This document shows positions 13,372-28,412 of a stretch of DNA of 64,000 bases, piece after piece. A program made the position numbers and the translations under genes. This DNA comes from Octopus vulgaris (lineage: Eukaryota). The notes below the pieces were generated by a model. It did not search any database. It was not told where the DNA came from and saw only the letters and a list, made by a program, of their open reading frames with translations. The stretch's first letter is position 1. Each line of letters begins with the position of its first letter. The stretch spans positions 48,856,001 through 48,920,000 of the forward strand of contig OX597814.1 of assembly GCA_951406725.2 (NCBI GenBank), in the 5' to 3' direction.

Positions 13372-14154
13372 TCACATACGCACATACACCCACACATTCC
13401 TACATGCACACTCGTGCACGCACACACACACACACACATACACGCATTTTAAACCTTCATTTGCGCTCACAACGGTTGTTGATACATATTCACAAACAAA
13501 CAATACAAAATATGTAAAACATTCCAGAAGTTTAATCTGGAGTATGTTCACACATGCAAGTAGTATATGCACATATGCAAATATGCACACATGCAAATAG
13601 TCACAAACAATGACAGGCATACTCACATACATACCTATATACATTCACACAAATATACACACTCATACATGCATGCATACATACATACATACATACATAC
13701 ATACATACATACATACATACATACATACATACATACATGCATGCATGTATACATACATACATACATACATACATACATACATACATACATACATACATAC
13801 ATACATACACACATACATACATACAGCCTAGTTTATGTTGTCTAAATTTCGTTGGAAGAGTTCTGTTACTTGTTCAGAGACCAGCTCATTCTCTATTGGT
13901 GAAATATTTTAAAAAGAAAACCAAGGCAAACATACATTCAGAGATGGGTGTATATACACGCATTTTCTCATGCATATGTACATGGGACAAGAAAAATATA
14001 TGTGTGCCCGCTCGTATAAAGCAGTGGGTGGGGACTATGTTGTCATCAGAATATAACTGTTCTACCCTTCCCTCATTTATCCTATTTTCATTTCTGTTTT
14101 TAATTTAAAACTTAATTCTTTAAAGGTTTCATTCTTATTATCTCCTACTGAGCT

Positions 14155-14345
14155 AAGGCGGTGAGCTGGCAGAACTGTACAAAATGCTTAGCGGCATTTC
14201 GTCTGTCTTTACGTTCTGAGCCGTGGTCGACTTTGCCTTTCATCCGTCGAGGTTAATAAAATAAGAACCAGCCGGATACTGGAGTCGACGTAATCGACTT
14301 GCCCCTTCCTCCAAAAACTGCTGACCTTGTGTCAAAATTTGAAAC
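14155..14345 (+). mobile_element. SINE family A, diverged
   Basis: Head and core recognisable. Confidence 0.8.
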
Positions 14346-15857
14346 CTTTATCTTATACTTAGTCATGAACAAGTCCAACGTGGTTGCTATCAACTGATAG
14401 TGTCCACTTTCTCCCTCTGGTCTCTGGTTGTTAAGATGTTTCACTTAAGGTTCTCCTCGTAATTGTGATCTTCAACTATTGTTTATAGCTTCAGGAGGAA
14501 TATTCCTTGTCCCACAGACTTATTCTTGACTCACTATCTTGACCTGAAGCAATCACCGATGATCCATTGATTCAAACATGGTTATGAGACTGTCCTTTCC
14601 CGTTCATTACAATGTACCGTTGACCTACAGTATTCGAGACATTATTCTTCACACACAAACACTCTAAATCTATCTTCCCTTCTCACCTCTGAAATCATCT
14701 TGGTTGGTCAGTTATAAAACGTCTAGATAGACGCTCTACTTAACAGTAATAACGACCAAATACTCGTGCCTATCACATCCTACTGTTTGAAGGGATACAG
14801 AATGATCCAGACTGGAATGCCTTTGCTCAGTTTTCTGAAGTCAGAGCAAAACTGAGGTTAAACATCACCGCCGCGACCACCACCGCCGCTACCAACAGCA
14901 ACAACTAGAATGATCACACATTGGTGAATATCTCCGATCATGATGGGATCAAGCATTTAATCTGTCTCATGTATGCACAGAATTACTATATATTTATTTG
15001 TAGTTAAATCCATTTATTTATAAACATTCCAATTATTTACAAACTTTCGTGTATCTAATGAGTATATTAAATATCTACATGTCTTTGATTATAGATATAT
15101 ATGTATGTATGTGTATATATATATATTACACACACACACACATACACACACACACTAATTTAACCGCATGTAAATGCATTACTGCTCTATTATTTAGAAT
15201 GCTCTAGCTCGGGAACGAAATTTGCTTAAGGGCTGCAAACCCAGACCCAAAATGTTTTACAAACAAGGTCATATATGTTGTTTTATTTATTTGTGTTCTT
15301 TGTTCTTTGAGAAGAAACCTAATTCAAGTTACTTTTTACAGATCACTTTTTATTCACTGTTTTCTAAATCTGAGAAAAGTAAGCAGGGGTGCAAATTTTG
15401 ACTTTACACACCACAAAAATTTTAGAGGGTGCAAGCGCATCCCTTGTCCCGAACCCATAGCTTTTTCGGATATATGATCCACGTGTGTGTGTGTGGGTGT
15501 GTGTGTGTGTGTGTGTTAGTGTGTGTGTGTGTCCGTATATGTATGTAATGTATATGTGTATGTGTAATACTAATATATGCATGCATACATGTGTAACGAA
15601 GCGTAAATGGCATGTATACAACAATGAATGATATCTATGTAGTTATTTATTTGTGAATAAATATGCTTGTAACAAGCACTTAGACCGACAGAAATTTGTA
15701 CGTAAATTGTGTGTGGGAGCAAGGAAGTGAGACGTCTGTGCGTGTGCACGTGTGTTTGTATGCGCATAGGTGTGTGGTGGTTGTGGTGGTGCTGTTATTG
15801 CTGCTGCAATGGTGATGATGATGATGATGATGATGACGACGACGACGACGACGATGA

Positions 15858-16045
15858 TTAGCCTCGGATCAGTTCTGATCGAGCAGGTCTATGATCAAAG
15901 GCATTCCGTTATGTTCTTTTCTAAGACAGTAAATAGGGTGTCGCTTAAGGTTAGATCAACCGGAACTTTGAGAAAGATTTGCCTACTATTTCTAGCGTGT
16001 CGAACAACTGACGGCAAGAAGTCTTCTTTGCTGGTTCGTGTATGA
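15858..16045 (-). mobile_element. Older SINE-like family D (further copies near 10655-10720, 14780-14865, 17545-17750 and 37480-37880)
   Basis: Shared ctgatcgagcag..ctatgatcaaaggcattcc block in several copies. Confidence 0.65.
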
Positions 16046-16435
16046 AGAAGAGTGTATGCGTGTGTGTACGTGTACGTTTTTGCAAGTGCATGTAAAGATT
16101 CAACAGCGAGTGAAATATGTAATATATTTGTAAAGAATGTTGGCATTCTGCAGTAAAATAATTAAAAGAAAATTACTTTCAAAATTAAAAGCAAAAGTTA
16201 AAGCCTACAGATTTAGATAATTTTGCGGTGTCTACTTTTAGTTACGAGTGGATGTGAACGGTTATCGAAGTGTATGTAAGACAATGAAACAATCAGGAAA
16301 CCAAAATTCAGTAGTATTGTAGAATACAGTCAACTTTTGTCTGAGCTTGAAATTCTTGCTTCTTTCGATGGTTGTGTGTGTGTGTGTCTGTATGTGTGTC
16401 TGTGTGTGTGTGTGTGCGGGCGTGTTTGTATACAA

Positions 16436-16695
16436 TTCTACTTGTTTCAGTCAATGGGCTGCAGCCATGCTGGAGAATCTACTTACAGTGTTGGTCGAAT
16501 AAGTCGACCCCAGTACCATTTTTAAAACCTGGTGTTTATTCTATCGGTCTCTTTTGCCAAATTGCTAGGTTACAGAAACGTAAAACAAACCTACACCAGT
16601 TGTGTTGTTCGGGAAAAACACATCCACAAAGACACATGCTTACACTCGTAAAGACACACACATCCATACACACACACACACACACACACATACAT

Positions 16696-16754
<59 letters not shown>

Positions 16755-17050
16755 TACATACATACATACATACAAGCACACATATATATATATACACATA
16801 TATATATATATGTATATTATATATACATATATACATATCCGTGTGTGTGTCTGTGCCTGTGCTTGTTCTCTTCACACCGCTTGATAACCGGTGTTGCTTT
16901 GTTTACGTCCCCGTATTCTAGCGGTTCGGCAAAATTAGAAACCGATGTGATATATACCAAATTTTAAAATAAACTACTGGGTCGATTTATTCGACTAAAC
17001 TCTTCCAGGCTTTACTCCAGCATAGCCACAGTCCGATGATTGCAACAAGG
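16436..17050. mobile_element. Two family B 3' halves in opposite orientation around a microsatellite
   Basis: 16436-16625 (-) and 16850-17050 (+). Confidence 0.72.
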
Positions 17051-17841
17051 AGCCTATGATATATATGCTATTGTCACCATCCTTTCGGGGTCGACAAAAG
17101 AAAAGAACTATCATACCAATCCAAGGATGTAGAATGGTGGTATTTGCTCCACCTCTTTGTGTTTGAATATAAATCTCGAAATGGCCCACTTGGTAGTGGG
17201 GGCCATCATCCGTCGCCCGCTAAAGATTCTTTAGCGGAAGATTCCACTTTGTTGCACGCTTTGGGGCCAGATCTTCGGCTTGAGGATATTTTCCTCCCTC
17301 CCACCAATCTCAGAAGCCCTATGAAGAATCATGGGTACTTCTTTCTCTCTTAACTAAAGAAGAAAGTTTTTATACTTATGCGAGAAAACGACAGACATAT
17401 TTGTTGCTAGTGAATTATTGTCTCTTTTCGAACCGAAACATATTTGAAATTTAATAATAATTGATAATTTATAATGAAAGATGATAAGTATATTAAGTAT
17501 GTATATTTATGCTGTTATGTTCTTGTTATTATTTACACCTGGTTTAGAAATGATCACTCATCAAGGATCAAAGACGTTCCCGCCAGGTTTCTTTTCTTTT
17601 CAGGAAGTCTATCTACGACTACATTATCCAATATGTTCTACATGATTTTAAAGACAGTAGGATGAGCTTTGAGGGAGATAGGTTACTGTTTCTAGCAGTT
17701 CAAACGGTCCTATCAAGACTCCCTTCCACTCATTGGTAGAACCATGGCTTTATCTTCAAAGCAGTTATCAATAGTGAGCGTTCTTCTCAAACTACTGCTG
17801 GGATTCGTAAATATTTGTATATTATTTTGTATGATGTGTGA

Positions 17842-17878
<37 letters not shown>

Positions 17879-20717
17879 AATACATACATACACACACACA
17901 AACACAAACATACACACATGCACACACATTAATAGTATCTTTTAAAAGAACATATATCTAAAAGATATCAAAGAGGATGAGATTGAGAAGCTTCAGTATT
18001 TTCAAACATCCAATCTTCAATCTTACTCAAGTATTTCATTTTACTTTATTTTTTAATTATTTTATTTTAGGTTTCAACTTAGACTAGTAGAGATATAAAA
18101 AGTAAATATTCAGTACTTAAGATTTGCTTTGATCGTTTCATTCTTGCGATGATATTAAAATATTTTGCTAGTACTCCCACATTCCATTTTTAGGCTACAA
18201 ATAAAGTCTTATATTGAATTAATAAATAATTTAATTAACTTCTTTTCAAAACATGGCAAAGTTAATTACATAATATAGTTAGTTTCAGTTTCGAGAATAC
18301 AACATCAGTAAAGCTGACTAAAGTGAACGGCAAGCGCCTCGTTTTGAATTAGCAAACTGCAAGAATAGTCGGAACAATAGCTGTAGGAAGAATACACCTT
18401 TTGTCTCATATGTCTTCGGTACATTAACCAAAAGGGGAAAAAAATGAATTGTTAGCAGTAGATTAAAAATACATTCATTCTTAACAGATGCAACATCAAA
18501 CAGATTAGGGGGATAATTTTTAAGACCTATACAGTGATGAGTTCCTCATGTCAGTGTAGCATGAAGAGGAGATGGGCTCCACTAGGTTTCCTTGCTCCAT
18601 GCATTCTACATGTAGACAGAGTCTAAAGAGAAAGATGATATGAAGTAAACTAGACAAGTTTATGTTACTAAATTGCTACGGAAGTCATGGGTTGGATCGT
18701 ATTTTTCATAATCACGACATTTTGCACTAGAGTTTTTATACGATTGCATATATCTTCTAAATATGTAAAGTTAATTGATATATATTTCTTTTTTCAATGT
18801 TAAGTGATATAATAGGCAATAATATCAAACCGAAAAGAGAAACTTTCCCAAATGCTGCTAATGATCTTTATTATGCATTCTATTTAAATTATTAGGAGTT
18901 TGTTCATTCATAAATATGTTATATATGACATCTAAAAGCATTCTACTTTAAGTGATATTTAAAAAATTACCGTATCCGTTCGTTCAATAATCTGTTATTT
19001 TGTATAAATTGCTAACATAATCTATTTTTCTCTGGAACACCGTACATATATTTTGTTTATTTAATTTCTTTCATATCATTTTATTAACCTTAACTTTTAT
19101 AATTCATTCTATATTAACTTGGTTGGGTTGTAGGAAAATCCTAAGAGACTTCATCTCTGTGTACAATATCTAAGACAAGTCCGGCTGATGTCATCAATCC
19201 ATTCTCCAATCTATATTCAATGGAGGAACTCGCTGCTGCACATTAGTAAACCCTTCGTCAATTTTACAGCGCAGCTCTACCACAGCCTACATTGATGAAT
19301 TATTCCTGTTTTAAAAGGAGTCTATTGCTGGATGGCCTGTACCTTGTTATGTGAAGGTCCAGCATTGTCACATTTGTGTCACGCTGATTCTACCTAAGAA
19401 ATATATTAAGTGTACACATGTCTGTGGAATACTCAGTCAATTGAACGCTCAAACGTTGAAATCGATGAGAGAGGCCATTAATATTCCTATCCAGCTGAAT
19501 ATATTTGCATCGTTATAGGAATAGATATTGGAGAATCATAATTTCTTAACCACATATACGATAGCAACGACAGAGTACAGACTGACGAATTCTACTCTGG
19601 TTATTGGGCGCCACATTTAGCTAAGTCTTCAGTATTTTATTTCTTTGATGAGTGATCAGGATCTTTCGCCACTGCTTCGCTTGTCTCTGAAGTGTGTTAA
19701 CATGTTAGAAATAATTCTCTTCCACACAAAATAACGTCAGTTGCTTATGCTTAGTTAAAGTTCAGCATTGCAAGGTAATGAAGCAGAGCAATGCGATCTG
19801 TAGATGTTTGTAGTACAGTGAGAGTGTGACAGCATGAAATGATGTTACAAGATGTGAAATCAAGTTTGCAAAGAAATATGAAGTATTTCATGTCAGATAA
19901 CTACCCTTTCTGTTTTCGCTGTCTATACTGAGAATCTATAAAATATCGATATTATAACAAGCTGAAATGTCAATATTTAGTACACTGTTACTGCTACAGC
20001 GTTGTTTCGGTAGAAGACACTTAACGCAAAACAGCCGAATTTTCCTAGCTCTCCTTTATGGCTCATTAATGTTAACAGAGACAGGTCTACATAACTGGAA
20101 AGTATTTCGTTATTTTCTAGTACTGAAATCAACTCTGAGGCTAGTAGTGGGAGAGAGAACGTAGCCTGAAAACGTCCCCATGTATTCTGCTTTTAAACCA
20201 CATGAAGATCGGATCTTCAAGTTGTGGTGAGCCAATAAGCCGTTCGAGTTACAAGACGCATTTTCCTAAATACACATTTGCAAAGTCATTAATCCACATA
20301 TGAGTTCATATCTCACAAATACAGACGCATTTCAAGTATTTGTCTGAAGGGGAAATTACTGTTCCCTAACCTTGGCACAGGATTACAAATATGTATGTAG
20401 ACTCATATTGTTGTGTGGACGCCCCCAGACGATGAAGTAGGCTGGCCCAATACGTAGATATAGAGGGAGAAGTCTAGACGTCGTCAGACTAGAGAAGTAA
20501 GAGTAGAATTGAGTAGAAGGCATCCGAACGTGCGACATAACTCATATCGATATGGATTTGATTAGAATTATAGTAATTTTAACTGCACTGCTATTTTTTT
20601 TTTTTTTTTTTTTTTGGGAAATGTCCATCAAAAATGAATGAATATCACTGCCACTCGCTTCCATTTCTAAAAAGCATTAAAATCCTTAGCTTGTACATAT
20701 CCCGAATAACGGAGTAG

Positions 20718-21055
20718 GATGATGATGATGATGACGATGGGAACGGCGACAACGACGACGACGTTAACGATAATGATGGTTGTTGTTGTTATTGTTTTTG
20801 TTGTTGTTGGTGGTGGTGGTGGTGGTGGTGGTGGTGGTGGTGGTGGTGGTGGTGGTGGTGGTGGTGGTGGTGGTGGTGGTGGTGGTGGTGGTGGTGGTGG
20901 TGGTGGTGGTGGTGGTGGTGGTGGTGATGGTGATGGTGGTGGTGGTGGGTGGTGGTGGTTGTGGTGGTGGTGGTGGTGGTGGTGGTGGTGGTGGTGGTGG
21001 TGGTGGTGGTGGTGGTGGTGGTGGTGGTGGAGGAGGCTGCGACAACGATGATGGC
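20718..21055. repeat. (GAT)/(GTT)/(GGT)n triplet tract
   Basis: About 220 bp of nearly pure GGT. Confidence 0.95.
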
Positions 21056-21310
21056 ACCAAACGCCGGCATGCAGAAACATATACGCATACAACCTTTACA
21101 CGATTACAGTGTGTATGATAGTGTAAAGTTTGTATGTTATGAAACGAATTAACTGTGTCTATCTGTGAGCATGGTGTTAGAAATTATAAATACCAATTTC
21201 ATATAAAGAAAGGAGAAACAGGCCCCCTAATGGGTTAGAACCACTTATCTATCGCTTGCTAGGTGACCATATTACTGATTATACAACAGGATGCCAATCA
21301 ATCTCTCTCG

Positions 21311-21372
<62 letters not shown>

Positions 21373-21395
21373 TTCTTTCTCTCTCTCTCTCTCGT

Positions 21396-21426
<31 letters not shown>

Positions 21427-21571
21427 TTCCTCTCTCTTTCTCTCTCCCTCCCTTTCTCAAATTAGGTACTTCAATTTATTGTTCTCTGCAATGTTTTTTC
21501 TTAAACTGAAGTATTTTTATTTCTGCATGATAATTAGCCATTTACATATAATTATATATATATAGATACAT

Positions 21572-21672
<101 letters not shown>

Positions 21673-21708
21673 TACATACATACATACATACATACATACA
21701 TACATACA

Positions 21709-21776
<68 letters not shown>

Positions 21777-21777
<1 letters not shown>

Positions 21778-21985
21778 GGGAAGCTTTATGAAAATAAACA
21801 AAAGACGAAGGCAGGTTTACGGAAATAAACAAAAGACGAAGGCAGGTGGAATACAAACAAACAATTGTATTAGTATGGCGCTCAGGAATATAATTAAAAC
21901 AAGTCTTTTACGTTTCGAGCCTACGCTCTTCAACAGAAAGATACACAGAGAAGAAACACAGAAAGAAGGAGAGAAAAAAAATGCG
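21777..21985 (-). mobile_element. Small Penelope pLTR-like repeat, copy 2
   Basis: Homologous to 1262-1418; internal duplication of aaataaacaaaagacgaaggcaggt; abuts (TA)n. Confidence 0.6.
21904..21941 (-). ncRNA. Minimal hammerhead-like motif, second copy
   Basis: Minus strand reads ucuuu CUGUUGA A gagc guag gcuc GAAA cg UA aaaga. Within the core it differs from copy 1 only at the free position N7. Confidence 0.55.
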
Positions 21986-22305
21986 TTATACATACATATA
22001 GTGTGTGTGCACGCGCGTATGTATTAGAAAACAAAAAGAAGAAAATACTCTGAGAATTTTATCATGCATAAAAGCAAAAATGTTTTTACATTTTTATTAA
22101 AATATGCATATTTTGATAAAAATGAAAATACTTTCCTATTTTTATAAGTGATAAAGTTTTCAAAGCATTTATATATATATATATATTTTATATATATATA
22201 TAAATTTATTCGAGTAAGACTTATATATATATTTTATATATATATATATATATATCGTCGGTAAAACATAAATCCGAAAAAGAAGCATGCTCTTGGCCTT
22301 ATCTT

Positions 22306-22343
<38 letters not shown>

Positions 22344-22346
22344 GAT

Positions 22347-22505
22347 AGGCGCAGGCGTGAGTAAGTGGTAAGAAGCTTACTTCCCAACCACATGGTTCCG
22401 GGTTCAGTCCCACTGTGTAGCCCCTTTGAGAAGTGTCTTGTGCTATAGCCTCAGATCCACCAAAGCCTTGTGAGTGGATTTGGTAGACAAAAACTGAAAA
22501 TCCAC

Positions 22506-22510
<5 letters not shown>
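22347..22510 (+). mobile_element. SINE family B, 5' half
   Basis: Head runs into (TG)n. Confidence 0.82.
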
Positions 22511-22598
<88 letters not shown>

Positions 22599-23148
22599 GT
22601 GTGTAAATGTGTTGTATATGTTCATTATTTTACTCAGGCACAAATCCCTGTATATATTTATATTCACTTCGATTCCACCTTTATTCACTTTGAAAGGCCT
22701 GCAATCGGACCAACAAGAAACAACAGCCAAAACTTCTTCAAATTACACACTACTGTCTTAGAAATTTGAAAGATACATAACACAACGTAGTTATGGATAC
22801 ATTATATCCGATTGGAAGACTAGTTGGATAGCTTTAATGATTGGTCTGCTCGATTAAGCCTGGCCGGTCCTAAACAACAATCAAGTTTCGTAGGGGAATG
22901 TATAATAGATTCAATTGATTACTGATATTTATAATATCAACCCAATGTGATGAAGATCAAACTACACATCGGCAGTATTTGAAGATAGTCGAGTAATGAA
23001 ACCTAAATGAAGAAATGCATTAGTTTGGAGTTCTGTGTTGTATTTAAGTACTGGTCTTCGTTTATGGTGTGAACGTTGTATAGCAAAAGGTGAACTCGTA
23101 GCAGACAAAGACCGCTCCGCAGTTTCAAGCTATCCACTTCAGCTACAC

Positions 23149-23416
23149 CAGTGGCTCTCAACTGGATTCCTCATGACCATTGGGGGTCCATATAAGATTA
23201 GGATTTTGTTGTGAAAATTTATGTGCAATAGTTTGGTTATACTTCTATAATACCCAAAATATCGTAACAGTTTTTTTTTTTAATATATCATACCTGATAA
23301 TATTTAATTATAAAAATATAATCGGATTTTTTAAACTTCAAATGGCTATGGGGATCCAGTCGAGTAAAAAAAGGAACCAAAGGGGTTCATAGGCAAAAAA
23401 TGGTTGAGAATCTATG
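23149..23416. mobile_element. hAT/Charlie-like MITE
   Basis: TIRs cagtggctctcaac and gttgagaatctatg; imperfect 8-bp TSD agctacac/aaatacac. Confidence 0.65.
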
Positions 23417-23544
23417 AAATACACCCTACTGCCATTCACAAAAGGTTTAAACATCCCATTTGCTTTCTCCCTAATATATAAAAGTTTTGTGTCAATACTC
23501 TCTCGCTAAAATACATCATGTCATATCAACACATCTAAAATTCG

Positions 23545-23750
23545 TAGAAAGGAGGATAGCTGGCAGAATTGTCTACACCCTGGACAAAATGCTTTGCGAC
23601 ATTTCTTCTTGTGCTTTACGTTCTGAGTTCAAATCCCTTCGAGGTCAAATTTGCCTTTCGTCTCTTCGAGGTCGATAAGTTAAAGTAGCAGTCAAATACT
23701 GAAGTCAATGTAACTGACTTGCCCCTTTCTCTCAAAATGGCTGGCCTTGA
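23545..23750 (+). mobile_element. SINE family A, diverged
   Basis: gctggcagaatt...gttctgagttcaaat...ttgcctttc. Confidence 0.75.
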
Positions 23751-25279
23751 ACTCTGCAAGGTATCGGCGTCTCGTTCAGGGGAATATTGGGATCTCGGTT
23801 ACTTATACGCCATGGAAACTGGGTAACCGGCCTTATATGTTCTTAGGTACGAGAAAAAAATTATAGGTTTTCGAACAAAATAACACTGAATTGAGTGTTT
23901 TGCGAAGATAGAACAGTCCCACCGAAATATAAAATTATTATTGTTCAACTCTTGGAAATCAACATCGTATGTGATTTCAATGCGTATAAGACTTTCTAGC
24001 TCTTCTTGTTTCTCAAGGTTAAAATCTTTTTCATCCCAAACTGCCTATATCAATTAGTATCTTCACCCACTCGTATCACTGCTTAACACACTGACTTCCA
24101 AGATACTTACCTTTACATCCAACCTACCGTCGGTCGTAGTTTCTTCCGTAATAAAGTTTCACAGCATCCAAGGTGCAAATACACTTTTAGTGTCGCTATT
24201 TTATTCAACAGGCAAAACAAGCCAGAGAAAATCTTGCACCCATTCTCACCGACGCCCAAGAGCTGCAACCCTGTCCCTATTGGCTCCTCTTACAACACCT
24301 CTACGTATAGAATCATTCGGCCATTGTCTTAGCATGAATTTTCATACAATATCCCCCTACTTCGCAGTATCTTTTGTTCCTCGAACCCTCTGCAACATAC
24401 AAGGTAAAATGGAAAGGTACTTCAACTAGATGCTTCACACACTAGAAATATAAGTACAAGTTCTTTTATTTGGAGGTTATTATTATGTTTTTGTAGTGCT
24501 GAATAATGACTCGGATACAGATGGTGGATACAGATGGTGTAGATATACTCTCAATAGAAAAATAGGTATGTAGGTAGCATAATTTACGACAATCAGAAAT
24601 AGAATAATTATATTCAGACAAATGATAGACCACATAGAGTATCCATCGCCATTTCATTATTTTCCAAGAGTTGCAATATCGGACAATTTGATAAACTAAT
24701 TCATTGAAGACATTGTTCAGGCTACTTAAAGAGTCGGTGACAGTGATACTGTCATCAGAACTATGTGTCTAACATAGCATTATATGTAATACTACTAAAC
24801 AAATTTGAATTAGTCTTTTGATGTTCATTGCCTTAAATATACTGATACTATCTTAATTACATTTTTCATGCGGAGAGAGTCTCTGAGTAATTTTCGTTTG
24901 TGACTCATTTTTGCTAAATGTACTATTATATTCATCAGAGTATTTTTATATAAAAATTAGGTGTTAAATATTATATTCCATTACTCCAGTATTATAGAAC
25001 GCCTTATTTTACTCTGGCAATATTTAACTTGTCACTCTTACTCATTCAATTCTACTTAAGCGATGTCGATTGTTACATCAAAACAGTTCTAAACATTTCT
25101 TACCAAATTCAGTCCTATAACTTAAAACTACTTTTGCTCTCGAAACATTACCAGAGCACATGCCACATATTTACAAAATGATTTTCTTGATAACAACTTC
25201 TTACTCCTAAAAGTGTTTCATCTCCCCACTTCTGGTGCTTTATTATTAAAATCTCATCTCATTTCATCTCACCTCTCTT

Positions 25280-25322
<43 letters not shown>

Positions 25323-26874
25323 CACACTCTTTCTCTCTCGCTCTCTCTCTCTCTCTCACTCTGCAAATACATACAAATATGCCATATTTTCAGACACACA
25401 TGCACCTATGCACATACACACATAAATGCATATTCGCACACGTACAAACGCGCGCGCGCACGCGCACGCGCACGCGCACGCGCACACACTCTACAATGTA
25501 TATGCAAAGTTAATTAACTGCTATTTTGGAAATTCTCTGGTATCCACTTTGCTATTCTTGAAAACTAATTAGCTTCTTTTTCGTTTGAATTAAGTCTTCA
25601 AGATATTAAAGAGCGATAATTTAGTTGACTTCTCTATTTTTTTTTTTTAATTCTTAAATGAAGGCTTTGGTAATGAGTTTTATTCGGAGTATTGAATCTA
25701 TTGCTTTCAAAGACTTAACAGAGATTATTCCTGGGAAATCTATCGACATAGTTGCAATACATAAGCTGAATTAGAGCAAAGCTTTTCTTAAAATTGCTTT
25801 ATCTATCCCCATGTCATATCATTGGATGCTTTATTACTTTTATCCAGTTGTGACGAACTAATTGCGTTTGCACAAATCTAACGATAAGATCGGAATTTTT
25901 CTTAACTATAATAACATTTTTCAAAGTGAAATTTATTTTAATTACTTTCTACAAACAAGAACATGATATTTATCTGAAAACTAACTATTATGTCTTGTTC
26001 TGAAACGTAAATAGATGTTACTGACTCATTGTCTTGTATCGTCTGTTGATCCAGTGATGAAACTCATCGTCTATGAGGTTCTCATAGTCTGTGAGGTTCT
26101 CCTAGAGTTTAACAGCTGGAATATTACAAGAGATTTTTACGATAACTATCAAATAAAAAGAAATGTAAGTACCCTGTGAGACTACAGGCACTGTGTACAT
26201 ACAGTCTTGGGTAGGGATTCGGAAGAGAGAATTACAAAAGGTATGAAATGAAATCAGTGGGTACGAAGATAAAGGAGGAAAATGTGCAGAAGACCAGACA
26301 TAAGGTTAGTGAGTGAGCGAGAGTTAGTCAAGCAAAATAAAAGCTCTTATCAAGTCGAGTTCGCATCTCAGCTTTGCTTCTCGATTGAAGCTTGTTTCAC
26401 TTCACTTCTTTAATGATCTTGAGAAATGCATGGTGTCGTACAATATTATTCTACTTCTGTAACCAGATCTGATTAGGTACCTAAATAAGAAATCAAAAAG
26501 CGTTGTTAATAGGGTTCGAATGATTAAGTTGAATACGAGAGTATTGTCTGTATTTTGAATATAAAAATAATTAAAATAATTTAATATACTTTTATTCCAT
26601 TGTTGGTTTCAGTCATTTACTGTGGTTACAGTGGAGCAATGCCTTCAAGAGTTTTGTCGATGATATTTTACTTCTTTCAGTGGGAAACTAAATTCATCGT
26701 TTTCTGGTTGTCGAACCACCGTAAAGGAAAATTATATAAACACAGAACCGGTTTTAGTAATGATGCATTCTTATATTGTGTCCCTTCTGTTCCGCAAAGA
26801 GTATCTAAAGTTGGGCAGAAACACATACAAAAACTTATATATATACACGCGTGCCACACACACTCACACACACG

Positions 26875-26935
<61 letters not shown>

Positions 26936-27360
26936 CACCTTTTTTTTTGCCTGTTCATTCTGTCACGCTAACGAGAAGAGTGACAATAGGAAGATCAAAA
27001 TGAGAAGCAATCGAAGGATGGGGTGTTTATTATGCTGATTGGAGTGACAAAGAGAGAAAATGAGCGAGAGGAGATTTATAATGAAAGTGAGTTGTATGGA
27101 GTGTTGGATTAGCAGACCAATGAACATCAACGAAAGAGACTGAATAAATTCAACAAGGATTCGTATTTCAAAGCAAAGCAACTGGATATAAAAGATGGCT
27201 ACTTTATTACGTGTCATACAGAGTTCAACTAACTAAATGGAATGACAGATTATCTTGGAATTACAGATTGAAAATCACGAGGCCCAAGAAAAACTCTTGT
27301 AATCAATCATCTTGTCAAGGATTCTGGTAATTAAGGAATTGTCGTAATTAAATATTTCTA

Positions 27361-27937
27361 TATTCTTTTCTACACTAGGCACAAGGCCCGAAATTTGGGG
27401 GAAGGGGGCCAGTCGATTAGATCGACCCCAGTACGCAACTGATACCTAATTGATCGATCCCGAAAGGATGAAAGGCAAAGTCGACCACGGCGGAATTTGA
27501 ATTCAGAACGTAAAGACAGACGAAATACCTATTTCTTTACTACCCACAAGGGGCTAAACACAGAGAGGACAAACAAGGACAGACAAACGGATTAAGTCGA
27601 TTATATCGAACCCAGTGTATAACTAGTACTTATTTAATCGACCCCGAAAGGATGAAAGGCAAAGTCGACCACGGCGGAATTTGAATTCAGAACGTAAAGA
27701 CAGACGAAATACCTATTTCTTTACTACCCACAAGGGGCTAAACACAGAGAGGACAAACAAGGACAGACAAACGGATTAAGTCAATTATATCGAACTCAGT
27801 GTATAACTGGTACTTATTTAATCGACCCCGAAAGGAAGAAAGGCAAAGTCGACCTCGGCGGAATTTGAACTCATAACGTAACGGCAGACGAAATTCGGCT
27901 ACGCATTTCGCCCGGCGTGCTAACGTTTCTGCCAGCT
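27361..27937 (-). mobile_element. SINE family A multimer (183-bp body plus tail repeated)
   Basis: Three core copies with cgaaatacctatttctttactacccac junctions. Confidence 0.9.
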
Positions 27938-28412
27938 TGTATATTTTATTTGTATTCAAATAAACAAATCATAAAAGAGGACGTTTGGTGCGACATAAAC
28001 TTGAAGTGGACATGATAATAAATTTTGCTTGCAATTTTCTATAATTTGTGTGTATGTATGTATGTATGTATGTATGTATGTATGTATGTATGTATGTATG
28101 TATGTATGTATAGAGTGTTTGAAGTGGTGTACAGATATTGAATATTGAGAAAAAGGAAGCAGTCAGAATTTGGATAATCCTTTAGTAGAACATTCGTTCG
28201 TTTTCGAACACAAGACAAAATAAAAATCAAAATGGTAAAAACAGAATGTTTTGTTGTTCATTTATATGAATCGAATGTTCTTTTGCTTTGTTTAGAAGAG
28301 GAGTATATTGTTTTTGTGTTTGGGGATAAAGGGAGAGAGAGAGAAGAAAAGCAAAGCGGGGAGGAAATAGATTGTTGTGATGAGAAGTACGACACCCCCT
28401 TGCAAGAGATAT

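Noticed and set aside
24000-24430. Decayed LINE fragment (LSLFY...SFVPRT); similar weak signals at about 4880-5300 and 54000-54900
   Set aside because: Too degraded to classify without an HMM search.
26164-26441. Possible solo LTR (TG...CA with AATAAA)
   Set aside because: No matching TSD and no second copy.
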